Origin: Chitinivibrionales bacterium
GTDB lineage: Bacteria; Fibrobacterota; Chitinivibrionia; Chitinivibrionales; WJKA01
Assembly: GCA_038247415.1 (NCBI GenBank)
Contig: JBBRUX010000015.1
Span: 11,929-75,928, forward strand
Direction of reading: 5' to 3'
Length of the DNA stretch: 64,000 nt
Every line of letters starts with the position of its first letter. Position 1 is the stretch's first letter. This document shows, piece after piece, positions 19,481-29,681 of the stretch. A program made the position numbers and the translations under genes. Under the pieces are notes generated by a model. The model saw only the letters and a list, made by a program, of their open reading frames with translations. It did not search any database and was not told the origin of the DNA.

Positions 19481-21595
19481 ATGAAAAACTTTTTATTATT
19501 TGGGCTGTGTGTTTGTCTTCTCATAGTATCGTGCGTAAATCCTATTGCGGTTGGTGAGAAGCTTGCCCCCAATGAAGTACAAAATGTTAAGGTGAATTTT
19601 GACGCAGGACGTAATCAGGTACTGGTCACCTGGGATAAACTTCCAAATGATCAAGTAAGTTTTTATCAAATATATCGGATAACGCTCGATAGCCTAGATC
19701 CTTCAATTGAATATCAAAATTGGCTTCCAACTGAACGTAGAGCTGCAATAAATAAAGATAGTAGCAGTTTTTGGGATGTGTTGGGCCTAAGCAATACAAT
19801 TTACTGTTATGGAGTACGGGCTGCTGTAATATCTTTACGATATAATGGCTATGCTGATACCTCATATGGATTAATGAAAGCATCGGATTTAAAGCAAATT
19901 CCGGTTGGTGCTGACATTGGATTTAGCATAAATAATAACGCTTTGTTTACATCAGATGATCATGTGAAATTAGTAAATATTGATCCTGATTCCAGGCTTA
20001 AAAGTGTTAGATACACCAATAGTATTCACACTTTTTTGCGAAATAAGATTTCAGGAAATAAAGTAGAAGTTAACTTTAGTGATCCAAAAAATCCTCCAGA
20101 CACAAATTTCCTCAAGCAATTAGTTCCTACCTTTATTAAGGATTATACTTATACTCTTTTGACTGCAGATGTTGAAATGGTTGATATTCCCGATTTTGAC
20201 GCTCCAGATTCCCTAAATATTGTTAAAAGTCAAGATCCGCCATTTGATGAGCAGCATAATTTTTTATGGCGACTTAAGCATGGCAATGGTGATAAAAAAG
20301 TGTATGTAGAAAGAGCCTACAAAACAGATCTTCAAGGCAAAACGCAAAAAACCGATACTGTGGTTGATGATATTAAAATTGCGCCCTATAGAATAAAAAT
20401 GGACATTCGCAATCAAACCTCAGGCGCGAATATCACAATGCGTAAAGTAATTCAGACAGCGAGCGGGAATATAGATTTATATGTGTATAAGCCATTTATC
20501 AATTTCTCTGTTTCGATTTTTGCAGATACTACTATCGAGCAAGATTTCTCATATTGGATTGCTATTGGTGATAGTTCCCAAGGGCCCTTGGATGGCAAGG
20601 CAGCACAATTTCTTGAGACTGCTCCTCGCTTTGCAAAATTGACAGGTTTGGGCGCGACCCATGATGATGATAAGGTATATAGCTACTCGTTTGATCCTTC
20701 TAATGCCGAGGGAAAAGTCAATTTATCTCAATTGATTAAGACCTTAGGTAGGGGGCCGAATATTCCGGAAATTGATGGAGGTCAGCTACCACCTTTGTTT
20801 AAACTTCGTGGTTCGAGCACACGGCTCAACGAAACTGCAGTTCCTGGCTCATATTATGGAAAAAATCCGCAGCGGTTGGTAGGAACAACGTTATCCGGGA
20901 GCCAATTAACAATATCTGGTACCCCGAATGAGCTGTATAATCGCATTTTAAATATGAGCAAAACGCAACGCTTTGTCTATGGGCAAAAAGAGGTTATAGT
21001 GTTTGCCAGATTTGTTGGAAAAAAATTTGGGGATACTCGTATGTGTACAATTGGATCTACTTTATCTGGCGACCCGCTTCAAAAGCTTACTAAAACGCGT
21101 TTTGATTTATATGCGCCCGCAGTACTTTTTAATACAGATGTCACTTCAAGTACGACTCTTAATAATGCGTCTTTGCCAATAACTGCGCCATTTGTATTTG
21201 CATTGCAAGGATCAGGCGGGGTTAGAGATGGCGGTGCTGCTAATGTAGTAGGAATAGACTTAATCATATCAAAAGTTGACGATCAACTTAATTGGGTAAC
21301 GCCAGTATATACGCCTCTTCCTCCAGGTACTATTCCTCCTATAATATTCGCAGACACGATATCGGTCGATTATTTATTGGCTCAACGTCATAGTGTGTTC
21401 CCATTTCCTATAAAAACAATTTCAGCAAATATCGCTGGAGTGCAATGGAAACTTGATCCTTCCGATTGGCCAAGCGGCAGGTATCTTATGGCTGTTGTTA
21501 CAAAAGATCAGTTTGGAAATACAGGACTCGCGCCAGCAACTTCAACAGCGCTTTTTTCAAATCCTTGGCTTGTTACGGTTCAAACGGGGAAATAA
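19481..21595 (+). CDS. lipoprotein with N-terminal fibronectin-III-like domain
   Basis: lipobox IVSC; 'VLVTW....FYQIYR...YCYGVRA' Fn3 pattern; Ig-like C-terminus 'GRYLMAVVTKDQFGN'. Confidence 0.7.
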   Translation: MKNFLLFGLCVCLLIVSCVNPIAVGEKLAPNEVQNVKVNFDAGRNQVLVTWDKLPNDQVSFYQIYRITLDSLDPSIEYQNWLPTERRAAINKDSSSFWDVLGLSNTIYCYGVRAAVISLRYNGYADTSYGLMKASDLKQIPVGADIGFSINNNALFTSDDHVKLVNIDPDSRLKSVRYTNSIHTFLRNKISGNKVEVNFSDPKNPPDTNFLKQLVPTFIKDYTYTLLTADVEMVDIPDFDAPDSLNIVKSQDPPFDEQHNFLWRLKHGNGDKKVYVERAYKTDLQGKTQKTDTVVDDIKIAPYRIKMDIRNQTSGANITMRKVIQTASGNIDLYVYKPFINFSVSIFADTTIEQDFSYWIAIGDSSQGPLDGKAAQFLETAPRFAKLTGLGATHDDDKVYSYSFDPSNAEGKVNLSQLIKTLGRGPNIPEIDGGQLPPLFKLRGSSTRLNETAVPGSYYGKNPQRLVGTTLSGSQLTISGTPNELYNRILNMSKTQRFVYGQKEVIVFARFVGKKFGDTRMCTIGSTLSGDPLQKLTKTRFDLYAPAVLFNTDVTSSTTLNNASLPITAPFVFALQGSGGVRDGGAANVVGIDLIISKVDDQLNWVTPVYTPLPPGTIPPIIFADTISVDYLLAQRHSVFPFPIKTISANIAGVQWKLDPSDWPSGRYLMAVVTKDQFGNTGLAPATSTALFSNPWLVTVQTGK

Positions 21596-21626
21596 TCATT
21601 TTTCTTTTAGTAGGCATTAAATTGTA

Positions 21627-24600
21627 ATGGGCATACTTATCAATATTATAGCGGTTGGCATAGCCGCATTGTTTCTTTCAATTCCGGTATTGAATAAGAA
21701 TGTTTTTCATACGGTAAATATTGATAAAGTTATTGCCGAGGGCAAAGATGGTATTTCGGCAATTCAGGATCGATTTGGCAAATCGGAATACGATTCTTCA
21801 CGGGCGCGTGCCGATTATTTGATCGATCTTTTCCGCAGCGATTCGATCGTTTTTTTTACCCCCGATATCATACAGTGGGATTCCGTTTACGCCCTCTATA
21901 ATAAACCAGAATCTGATTTTGGCGCTACTATTCTCAAACTTCGGCTTAATGACGAAGATATTGATACCATGAAAGTCCGATGCGAAGCTATGGCTTTGCA
22001 AAGTAGTCCTTCCAAATCCGATTCGATTCGGGTTACTAAAAAGAAGATTCCCCCTTCATCAATTTTCGCCCTTAAAATTGTTAAAGTTCTTAATGTCCTT
22101 AAGGATAATCTTGGTTTTTATGTTGAGAATGCAGAACGTCTTGAAATAAGCAAGCATAAAGATCTGCGTGCAAAATTAGATGATTTGCTTGCAAAAGGTA
22201 TACTTATAAAACTTTCGGATTCTTATACTATTAAAAAGAATATGACGGTTGTTGAGCTTGTCGCTCTTAAAAAATTTCACGGATTAATTCTCGAAAAAGT
22301 AGTTTTCCCGCGTTGGCTTTATAAAGATTTATTGAGAAATCGTGATTGGGCAAGTGAGTACATTGTACAAACTGCCATGTATTTTGTTGGTGCGAGTTAT
22401 TACGCTCAACAGGATTACGAAAAAGCAATCGAACAATACGATCTGCTTATAGAACAATATCCCAAAACGATATATGCCGAAAATCTCTTTTTGCAAATTG
22501 GTCGATTGTTAACGACCCAGGGAACAGAGAGTATTTCAAAGGGTAAAAACACTGAAGCAATGGAACTTTTGCATCGTGCAATTCGCTATCTCGAAAAAAT
22601 AGAGCGCAACCGAGAAATAGCTCGTGATTTTCCCAAGTATCGAAATACAGAACTTAACCCTGGTGTATATGTCAATATCGATGAAGCATCTAAAGCCAAG
22701 CGCAATCTAAAAGAAAAATCAAAAATTTATACGCTCGCCCAAGAAAAAGCAGAACTTGCTCTCGAAGGAAAAAATGTAGAGAGCGGATCAACTCTCGAAG
22801 ATGCTATTAAACAGATTGGTCAATGCTATATCCTTCTTGGATCCCCAGACTCTGCGCGGATGCAGTTTAGTTTGCTTGGACAGTTTTTTCCAGAATCGGA
22901 TAACCTTGCCGAAGCTCAAAAACTTATTGCAGATTCGTATGTTAAAGAAGGCGATCTGGTTTTTGAAACTAAAGATAGTAGTAGTGAGTCTAAAAAAATT
23001 GCCTTTAATGCCTACGAAAAGGCAGTAAAAGAATATCTTAAATTTGTTAATATATTTTCACAAACTAAGCTTATTTCCGATGTGTATATAGCTCTTGGGG
23101 ACGTTTACAATAAGCTTGGCAAACCTGCCGAGGGCACCAAAGCATTTGCAGCCGCGCTGGATCTTTCTAAAGAAATCGAGAAAAAAGCAAATGTACAGCT
23201 TAAAATAGGAACGTACTATTTCGAGAAAAAACGGTTCGGTGAAGCTATTAAAGCCTATCAGGTAATTCTTAATACCTTCATGTCAACAGAGGTTGCAGCA
23301 AATGCGCAGTATCTTTTAGGCGATTGCTACATTTCTCTTTCCGATACTACTAAGGCAATCGAAGCCTATAAGAGCGTTGTTGCTAATTTTAAAAAGTCTT
23401 CTTACTTTGCAGGTTCTGCAAAAAAAGTAGCCGACTGGAACTTTGCTCGCAAAAATTACAAAGAAGCTCTCCATTACTATCTTAATGGTTATGTATACGA
23501 TCAGAATGGCCCCCTCGCAGCACAATGTTTATTACAGGCGGGGCTTGTATGGGTTGCAATGGCGCAAGAGAGTACTGGCGAAGACCAGAAACAAAATTAT
23601 GCCGAAGCGATAAAGCAATTCAATAAAATTATTGAAAATCCAGAATTTGTCAATATGCGTGAGTCTGATCAGGCCCGCTATCAACTCACCGAATGCTATG
23701 TTTTGCTAGGTAATCCCGATGCTGCTAAAAAAGCAAGCAAAGATATAAAAAGTCGTGATATTATTATTGCATCTATAAAATTGATTGGTGTGGATGTAGA
23801 TAATCCCGAAAAGGAGCTCGAGTACTGGGAAGGGCTTTATAAAGATGCCGTAGAAGATGAAGAACGGGCTTCGGTATTGTACGATAAAGCAATGATATTG
23901 CTTGACAAATTAAAAAGGCTTGACGAAGCAATGGCCGTATTTCGGCAAATTATTGGATATACTAAAGATGAAACTAAAAACCTTAATGCTCGTATAGGAA
24001 TTTCCAGAACGTTTATTGCTCAGAAATCGTACGCAGATGCAGAAACGACCATAGTCAATATTCTTAAAAACACAAAATTGCAACCAGAATTAGCTAAACA
24101 GCTCCAGGTTCAATTGTACGATGTGTACTTTAAGAGTAAAGAATTTGATAAATCCTATGAAGGGTTTGATAAATTTGTTACTTTAAATCCACAGCATGTG
24201 CTTGCGCCCTATGCTCAGTATCGTGTGGGGCTTATTTTTGCCGAACAAAAAGAAAACCAAAAATCAATTGACGCTATGAAAGTTATTCTTTCAACATATG
24301 CAACATCGGACTATTTCGATAAAGCATCGTTAAGTATTGGCGACCAGCTTATTGCCATGGGAAAACCATCTGAGGGTGTAGATTATTTAGAAAAGTATCT
24401 TAAGAAACACCCGCTCGATTCTATTCCGTCGGCTCCAAATTTCTATATGAAAATTGCAGAAGGGTATTATAAAGGTCTTAATAATAAGGAAAAAGCTGCG
24501 GCTGCTTATAAGGCATTGCTCGACACATTTCCCGATGATCCTCTGTTTTCATACGCCTCGTATCAATTAGGATCTATTTACAAAGACGAAGGCAAGGACA

Positions 24601-25478
24601 AAGAAGCAATTTCTACCTATGCGCGGGTTCTTAAAAAAGATGGCCAGATTTATCGCGCTTCACAAGCCGAAATTGGAAAAATACTTTCAAAGACCGATCC
24701 CGAAGCGGCAATTAAGAATTATCAGGAGATTGTTGCTCAAAGTGAAACTGCGGAAGATAGTGCAATTGCTCTTATAGGAATTGGCGATGTTTATGTGGGC
24801 ATGCAAAAATGGGAGTTAGCCGCTGCAACTTTTGAGAATGTTTATACTTTTTATAAAGGTAAAGAAAAGTCGATGCTCGTTGGCGCACTTGTTAAATGGA
24901 CTGATGCGCTTAATAATGCAAAAAAATATAAAGAAGCAATTGCAGCTGCTCAAATAATGCAACAAATGTTTCCCGATAGTGCATATACCGAAAATACCAT
25001 GTATTTTGAAGCTGCTGCTTATATGGCGCTTAAAAACTATGCAGACTCACGCAAAGCATTTCAAAAACTTGTTGCAAGTGGAAAAAACCCAGTTCTTTTA
25101 GAAATTGCTTATTTGCAAAAAGCAGACTGTTTGTTTTTTGGCCAGAAAAAAGCTGAGGCGATTAGAGAATACGATGAGTATCTTAAGAAATATCCAGAGG
25201 GCAAGTACAATGCGCAAGCGCTCTTTATGCAGGGCAATATTTATTGGGCAGATGATAATTTTGCCCTGGCTGCTAAAAAATTTGGAGATGTTGTAACTAA
25301 ATATCCTACTTTTGCTGATGTGTGCAGTGCAAAAAATTATTATGCCTTTTCTCTTAATAAAATAGACAAGTGGAAAGATGCATTAAAAGTATATGGCGAT
25401 GTTATTAAGGGAAATTGTGGGGCAGACCCGGTTAAATTTGCGCGGGAACATGCCGAATCTATAAAAACAGCTCATTAA
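21627..25478 (+). CDS. very large N-terminally anchored TPR protein (BamD/CpoB-like repeats)
   Basis: N-terminal hydrophobic helix; many 'A.Y..G..Y.....Y..AI..Y..L...YP' TPR repeats over about 1000 aa. Confidence 0.85.
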   Translation: MGILINIIAVGIAALFLSIPVLNKNVFHTVNIDKVIAEGKDGISAIQDRFGKSEYDSSRARADYLIDLFRSDSIVFFTPDIIQWDSVYALYNKPESDFGATILKLRLNDEDIDTMKVRCEAMALQSSPSKSDSIRVTKKKIPPSSIFALKIVKVLNVLKDNLGFYVENAERLEISKHKDLRAKLDDLLAKGILIKLSDSYTIKKNMTVVELVALKKFHGLILEKVVFPRWLYKDLLRNRDWASEYIVQTAMYFVGASYYAQQDYEKAIEQYDLLIEQYPKTIYAENLFLQIGRLLTTQGTESISKGKNTEAMELLHRAIRYLEKIERNREIARDFPKYRNTELNPGVYVNIDEASKAKRNLKEKSKIYTLAQEKAELALEGKNVESGSTLEDAIKQIGQCYILLGSPDSARMQFSLLGQFFPESDNLAEAQKLIADSYVKEGDLVFETKDSSSESKKIAFNAYEKAVKEYLKFVNIFSQTKLISDVYIALGDVYNKLGKPAEGTKAFAAALDLSKEIEKKANVQLKIGTYYFEKKRFGEAIKAYQVILNTFMSTEVAANAQYLLGDCYISLSDTTKAIEAYKSVVANFKKSSYFAGSAKKVADWNFARKNYKEALHYYLNGYVYDQNGPLAAQCLLQAGLVWVAMAQESTGEDQKQNYAEAIKQFNKIIENPEFVNMRESDQARYQLTECYVLLGNPDAAKKASKDIKSRDIIIASIKLIGVDVDNPEKELEYWEGLYKDAVEDEERASVLYDKAMILLDKLKRLDEAMAVFRQIIGYTKDETKNLNARIGISRTFIAQKSYADAETTIVNILKNTKLQPELAKQLQVQLYDVYFKSKEFDKSYEGFDKFVTLNPQHVLAPYAQYRVGLIFAEQKENQKSIDAMKVILSTYATSDYFDKASLSIGDQLIAMGKPSEGVDYLEKYLKKHPLDSIPSAPNFYMKIAEGYYKGLNNKEKAAAAYKALLDTFPDDPLFSYASYQLGSIYKDEGKDKEAISTYARVLKKDGQIYRASQAEIGKILSKTDPEAAIKNYQEIVAQSETAEDSAIALIGIGDVYVGMQKWELAAATFENVYTFYKGKEKSMLVGALVKWTDALNNAKKYKEAIAAAQIMQQMFPDSAYTENTMYFEAAAYMALKNYADSRKAFQKLVASGKNPVLLEIAYLQKADCLFFGQKKAEAIREYDEYLKKYPEGKYNAQALFMQGNIYWADDNFALAAKKFGDVVTKYPTFADVCSAKNYYAFSLNKIDKWKDALKVYGDVIKGNCGADPVKFAREHAESIKTAH

Positions 25479-25505
25479 TAGTAAAACTTTTGTCAAGGAG
25501 CAGGT

Positions 25506-26186
25506 ATGACGGCTGGTGGAAAACTTAATCTTGTGGAGCTCTTTATTGCCGGTGGCTGGGTTATGTACCCAATTGCCTTACTATCGGTAGTCATGATGGC
25601 AATTACACTTGAACGGCTTATTGTCATTTTTCTTGAAAAATGGAAATTTGCCCCTTCAAATGCTATTAAAATTTTTGCTGCGGCTCTGGATAAACACGGA
25701 AATGATAAAGTAAAAGCAATTGATGAGATTACTCCTGTTCTCAAAAAGAAGGGAACTATTCTCTCGGAAATTCTTTTAACCATTATAGAAAAATATCATT
25801 ATGCAAAAGATAAAAATTTAAGTCCAATGGAGATGAAATCGTGGCTTAAAAATGCTACTGAGGAAAAAGCTGGTGTTGAATTACCCGCGCTCGATGCACA
25901 CTTAGGATGGCTTGCTATTATTTCAAACGTTGCAACATTGGTTGGGTTGTTTGGAACGGTTATTGGTATGATCGAATCTTTTACTGCTATGTCTAATTCT
26001 GCTGGTGGTGTTAAGGCCGATGAAATGGCAGGTGGTATTGCCGTTGCGCTTGTTGCTACCGCCGGCGGATTGGTTGTTGCTGTTCCTTCTCTCCTTATTT
26101 TTAACTGGCTTAAAAACACCGCAGAAGCGCATGTTATACAAATAGAAGAAACAACCGTAAAAGTTATAGATACTTTAGCAGAATAA
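25506..26186 (+). CDS. MotA/TolQ/ExbB proton channel family protein
   Basis: GGWVMYPI, ATLVGLFGTVIGMIESF, GGIAVALVATAGGLVVAVP. Confidence 0.92.
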   Translation: MTAGGKLNLVELFIAGGWVMYPIALLSVVMMAITLERLIVIFLEKWKFAPSNAIKIFAAALDKHGNDKVKAIDEITPVLKKKGTILSEILLTIIEKYHYAKDKNLSPMEMKSWLKNATEEKAGVELPALDAHLGWLAIISNVATLVGLFGTVIGMIESFTAMSNSAGGVKADEMAGGIAVALVATAGGLVVAVPSLLIFNWLKNTAEAHVIQIEETTVKVIDTLAE

Positions 26187-26207
26187 TAGAGCTGAGTTAG
26201 AAGAGCT

Positions 26208-27002
26208 ATGGGCTTTAAAAAAACTAAATTAAAAGCTGAGTCGAATATCAATCTAACCTCTATGATTGATGTAACAAGCTTTATTTTGCTCGCGCTTGCG
26301 ATTCTTAATATTTCAATGAAAAAGGAAGCTTCGCTCGATAACCTTTTAAAGTTGCCGCCTGTCTATAATGCATCTAAGCAAGATAAGTCTCAATTACAAA
26401 TTTATATCATGCCTGCTTCTATCTTGCCGGGTGGGTATATAAATCCCGACTCGACAGGGCTTGTTGCATTTGTTGGGAAAGGAAAAGCCCCCGATAAATG
26501 TCCTCAATGTGGGCTGCAGCTACGCAATGAAAAAGGTGAATATCTGGCTCATTCACTCCTAGATCGCTTTAAAAAACCAATACCTTCAATGGAACCCTCA
26601 TCTTCTGCCGAAGATCAGGATAAAGTATTAAATGAGCTACCACCTGCATATTGGTGCAGCAAGTGCAATTTTGAGATTAGTCCATACCTCAAGCTCGAGC
26701 AAATTCCCCAAGCATTGCACGATAAGAAAAAAGAGGTTGTGGATATAGAGGTTAAAGCGCGTAACTATTCGCGGCTTAAAAATAATTTACAGCCCTTAAC
26801 AGAAAAAGAAATCAAAGATTCTATAGCCGACGATATCCCACTAATGATCAAGGCTGATAACCAGGCGTTTTATGGTCGAATATTGCAGGTTGTAAATATG
26901 GCAAAAGATACGCTGTGTGATATTAAAAAATTTGCATTTGTGACGTTGGCATCTGCATCAAAAGAAGCTCAGAAAAAACCCGACGAAAAGAAAAAGAAAT
27001 AG
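26208..27002 (+). CDS. ExbD/TolR family protein with large Cys-containing insertion
   Basis: INLTSMIDV TM with conserved Asp; IKADNQAFYGRILQVVN; CPQC and CSKC in the insertion. Confidence 0.85.
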   Translation: MGFKKTKLKAESNINLTSMIDVTSFILLALAILNISMKKEASLDNLLKLPPVYNASKQDKSQLQIYIMPASILPGGYINPDSTGLVAFVGKGKAPDKCPQCGLQLRNEKGEYLAHSLLDRFKKPIPSMEPSSSAEDQDKVLNELPPAYWCSKCNFEISPYLKLEQIPQALHDKKKEVVDIEVKARNYSRLKNNLQPLTEKEIKDSIADDIPLMIKADNQAFYGRILQVVNMAKDTLCDIKKFAFVTLASASKEAQKKPDEKKKK

Positions 27003-27012
27003 GCATAGTGTT

Positions 27013-27516
27013 ATGAAAATAAAAACCGATATGGAAGCAGATGTTAATATCACCGCGCTTATCGATTGTCTCATGCAGTGCATCATTTTCTTTATGGTTA
27101 TTATGTCGGCTCAGTATGTGTATGGTGTTGCAATTAAGTTTCCTCCTCCGGGTGCTGCAAAGGCAAAATCTGAGCAGAAACAAGAAAAAAATATTGTTGT
27201 GTATGTACAATCCGACGTTTTAGATCGCGCTGCAGATGGCAGCCATTACGTTCGGCAAGATGGCGTGGTCAAGCTCAATGGGGAAGAAATTGCACTGGCC
27301 GTTTCGGGCAATAGGACAAACTGGGAAAACGAACGCAAACGGGGCTTTGACGAATTAAAGTTTAAAATGGATCAACGGCTTAAAGAGGGTTATAAAAATG
27401 ATATTCTCCTTATACAGGGAGATATGAAAACGTACCATGGAAAAATCATGCATGTTATTGATATTGCCAAAGATCTTAAAATTGATGGATTCTCTTTAGT
27501 ACCTCCACAATCCTGA
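27013..27516 (+). CDS. ExbD/TolR family protein
   Basis: VNITALIDCLM TM with Asp; IQGDMKTYHGKIMHVIDIAK. Confidence 0.88.
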   Translation: MKIKTDMEADVNITALIDCLMQCIIFFMVIMSAQYVYGVAIKFPPPGAAKAKSEQKQEKNIVVYVQSDVLDRAADGSHYVRQDGVVKLNGEEIALAVSGNRTNWENERKRGFDELKFKMDQRLKEGYKNDILLIQGDMKTYHGKIMHVIDIAKDLKIDGFSLVPPQS

Positions 27517-27553
27517 TCGTGCACAAGGGTTATTGAATTTCTTTGGTTTGTGT

Positions 27554-27581
27554 AAAGCGGAATCTTCTCCGCTTTTTTTTT
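27554..27581 (+). terminator. intrinsic terminator closing the exbB-exbD-exbD operon
   Basis: AAAGCGGA-ATCTTC-TCCGCTTT running into a T9 tract. Confidence 0.75.
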
Positions 27582-27632
27582 AGCATCGCACTTTTGAGGT
27601 TTGTTTCAAAGCCTTTACCTGGGTATATAAGA

Positions 27633-29642
27633 ATGCTTAATTCATCCCGCACTGTATCTTCGTCTCATATAACCAGCAAAGTTTCCAAACCGTGGGTTAT
27701 CAAGAAACTTGCCCTTATCATTATAAGCCTAGTGCTTATTGCAGGGATTATTTGGGTTGTTATTCCAATGCAAAAGGCCGTGCATGACTTTCAACAGTCG
27801 GTTATTTTTGATGCGCATAAACTTGTTCGTTTACACGAGGTGAGTCGAGTTTATACGATTGAGAAAGATCCTTTTGATACAACCATGCTGTGGTTTGGTA
27901 CCGCAGAAGGAATCCATGTTCTTAATACCACTACATTCGAATGGCGCAGAATCGGACTTGATCACGGATTACCTTCCGAAAAGGTAACGGGATTTTGTTT
28001 TACTAGCGACAGAGTCTGGATTTCAACCCTTGGGGGAATGTGTTCTCTAAAACGAGGCGCTAATCTCGTTGATAGCTGCAAAAGCGCTCAAAAAAGTCCT
28101 TCGCGAATAGTAGCGTTAGTAAATATTCCAGGAATTGGCGTTGTTGGTTCTGCGCAAGGCGAAGGGCTCTTTGTAGTGAGATCTCCCGACAGTGTTCCGC
28201 AACCATTTAAAGTATCAGATGGCATCGATTGTGTAACCGTCACCTCACTTCGCATGATATCGGGGAGCCTCTTTGTTGGAACTAATGCGGGCATTCTGGT
28301 TTCGTATGATATTGCTTCGGGAAAAGTTACCAAAATTCCATGCCCGGGCTCTGTTTCAAAATCGTCTACAATATGGGATGTGCTACAAAGGCCAGAGGGT
28401 CTCTATATTGCAACATCAGATGCTGGGGTGTATGTTAAAAAGACCGGGTGTGACACAGCCTATGAAGATAAAAGTTTTCCTTGTAAAGGGGCTTTTTGTT
28501 TTTCGAATGAGGAAGATGGCTTTTTTTGCGCTACTCCGTATGGATTGTGGCGTTATCACGCTGCAAATACTATTTGGCTTCAGTTTGTAAATCCTGCACA
28601 GCAATCTCCAACCGATTTTTCTATTACCTCTCTTGTTTCGAGTGGAGATTTGCTCTGGTATGGCGTACTTGATGGAAAAAGTGGCTATCTTACTAAAACA
28701 CGCGTAACGTGGCAACCATTGCGGGCAGGATTGTCGCATCCCAATGTTGCTGCTCTAGCAGTTGACGATTCGGTTATGTGGACGTCGTACGGGTATCAAA
28801 GCGGATTTCTTGATAGATTTTCTTCGAACACGTTGCAGTACCATCATAATTATGGGCTTGCATCGGGTATTTCCGATCCAACCATTCAAACCTTATTTGC
28901 ATCTCATGGGGTGTTGTTTTACGGCGGATTCGAATCGTTTGGTTGGATTGCTCCAGACGTTGGCACCGGTCGGCATTATACCCTGGAAAACGGGCTTCCT
29001 CATGCCGATATTGCAGCAATTGTGCCAGAGAGCAGAACAACTCTTTTATTAGCAAGCAGTAGTGGAATTCTTCGATATGTCACAATTAATGAAACATTCG
29101 AGATCCTTAAGGAAAGTGGCATTGATAGAACAACGTGCATGGCTCTTAGCGATACAACGCTCTGGTACGGAACTCTTGCTGGTGGAGTGAAGCAGTATGA
29201 TATAAGACATCAAAAGATAGTGGCAACGTACGGAGAGAATGTATCCCGAATTATGGGGATTTTTATGCTTGACGAAAACAATCTTTTTGTAGTAACAAAA
29301 ACCAACGGATGTTATACTATAAACAGCGCATTAAAAAGGTGGAATGAAGTTGCTATTCCCAAAGCACTGTATGGGACCTCTATGGCGGATGACCCTAATA
29401 ATTGCATGTGCGCCCGGCAGATTGATGGAAGGATGTATCTTGGAACACGCGATCATGGATGCTTTGTGTATACACCCTCAACAAAACACTGGAATACCAT
29501 TTCGTTTTTTGATGGTTTAGTTACCGATCAGATCAGATCGTTTGACTCAGATTCTGTAAATATCTATATTGGTGGATACGGGGGAGTTACTAAAATTCCC
29601 AAGCAGTATATAGATAGTTTGTTTTTAGCTCAAAAAAAGTAA
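27633..29642 (+). CDS. membrane-anchored beta-propeller protein (two-component regulator propeller-type repeats, no kinase)
   Basis: start moved to ATG 27633 because the longer ORF start overlaps the terminator; one TM; repeats LWFGTAEG, GLPS, LWYGT..GG, MYLGT. Confidence 0.75.
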   Translation: MLNSSRTVSSSHITSKVSKPWVIKKLALIIISLVLIAGIIWVVIPMQKAVHDFQQSVIFDAHKLVRLHEVSRVYTIEKDPFDTTMLWFGTAEGIHVLNTTTFEWRRIGLDHGLPSEKVTGFCFTSDRVWISTLGGMCSLKRGANLVDSCKSAQKSPSRIVALVNIPGIGVVGSAQGEGLFVVRSPDSVPQPFKVSDGIDCVTVTSLRMISGSLFVGTNAGILVSYDIASGKVTKIPCPGSVSKSSTIWDVLQRPEGLYIATSDAGVYVKKTGCDTAYEDKSFPCKGAFCFSNEEDGFFCATPYGLWRYHAANTIWLQFVNPAQQSPTDFSITSLVSSGDLLWYGVLDGKSGYLTKTRVTWQPLRAGLSHPNVAALAVDDSVMWTSYGYQSGFLDRFSSNTLQYHHNYGLASGISDPTIQTLFASHGVLFYGGFESFGWIAPDVGTGRHYTLENGLPHADIAAIVPESRTTLLLASSSGILRYVTINETFEILKESGIDRTTCMALSDTTLWYGTLAGGVKQYDIRHQKIVATYGENVSRIMGIFMLDENNLFVVTKTNGCYTINSALKRWNEVAIPKALYGTSMADDPNNCMCARQIDGRMYLGTRDHGCFVYTPSTKHWNTISFFDGLVTDQIRSFDSDSVNIYIGGYGGVTKIPKQYIDSLFLAQKK

Positions 29643-29681
29643 GCCTTGACAACAATTAATGATCGAGTAGGAGGTAGTGCT

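Noticed and set aside
25506..27516. calling the motor genes tolQR or the canonical exbBD-tonB system
   Set aside because: No tolA/tolB/pal or tonB is adjacent, and a terminator follows the second ExbD
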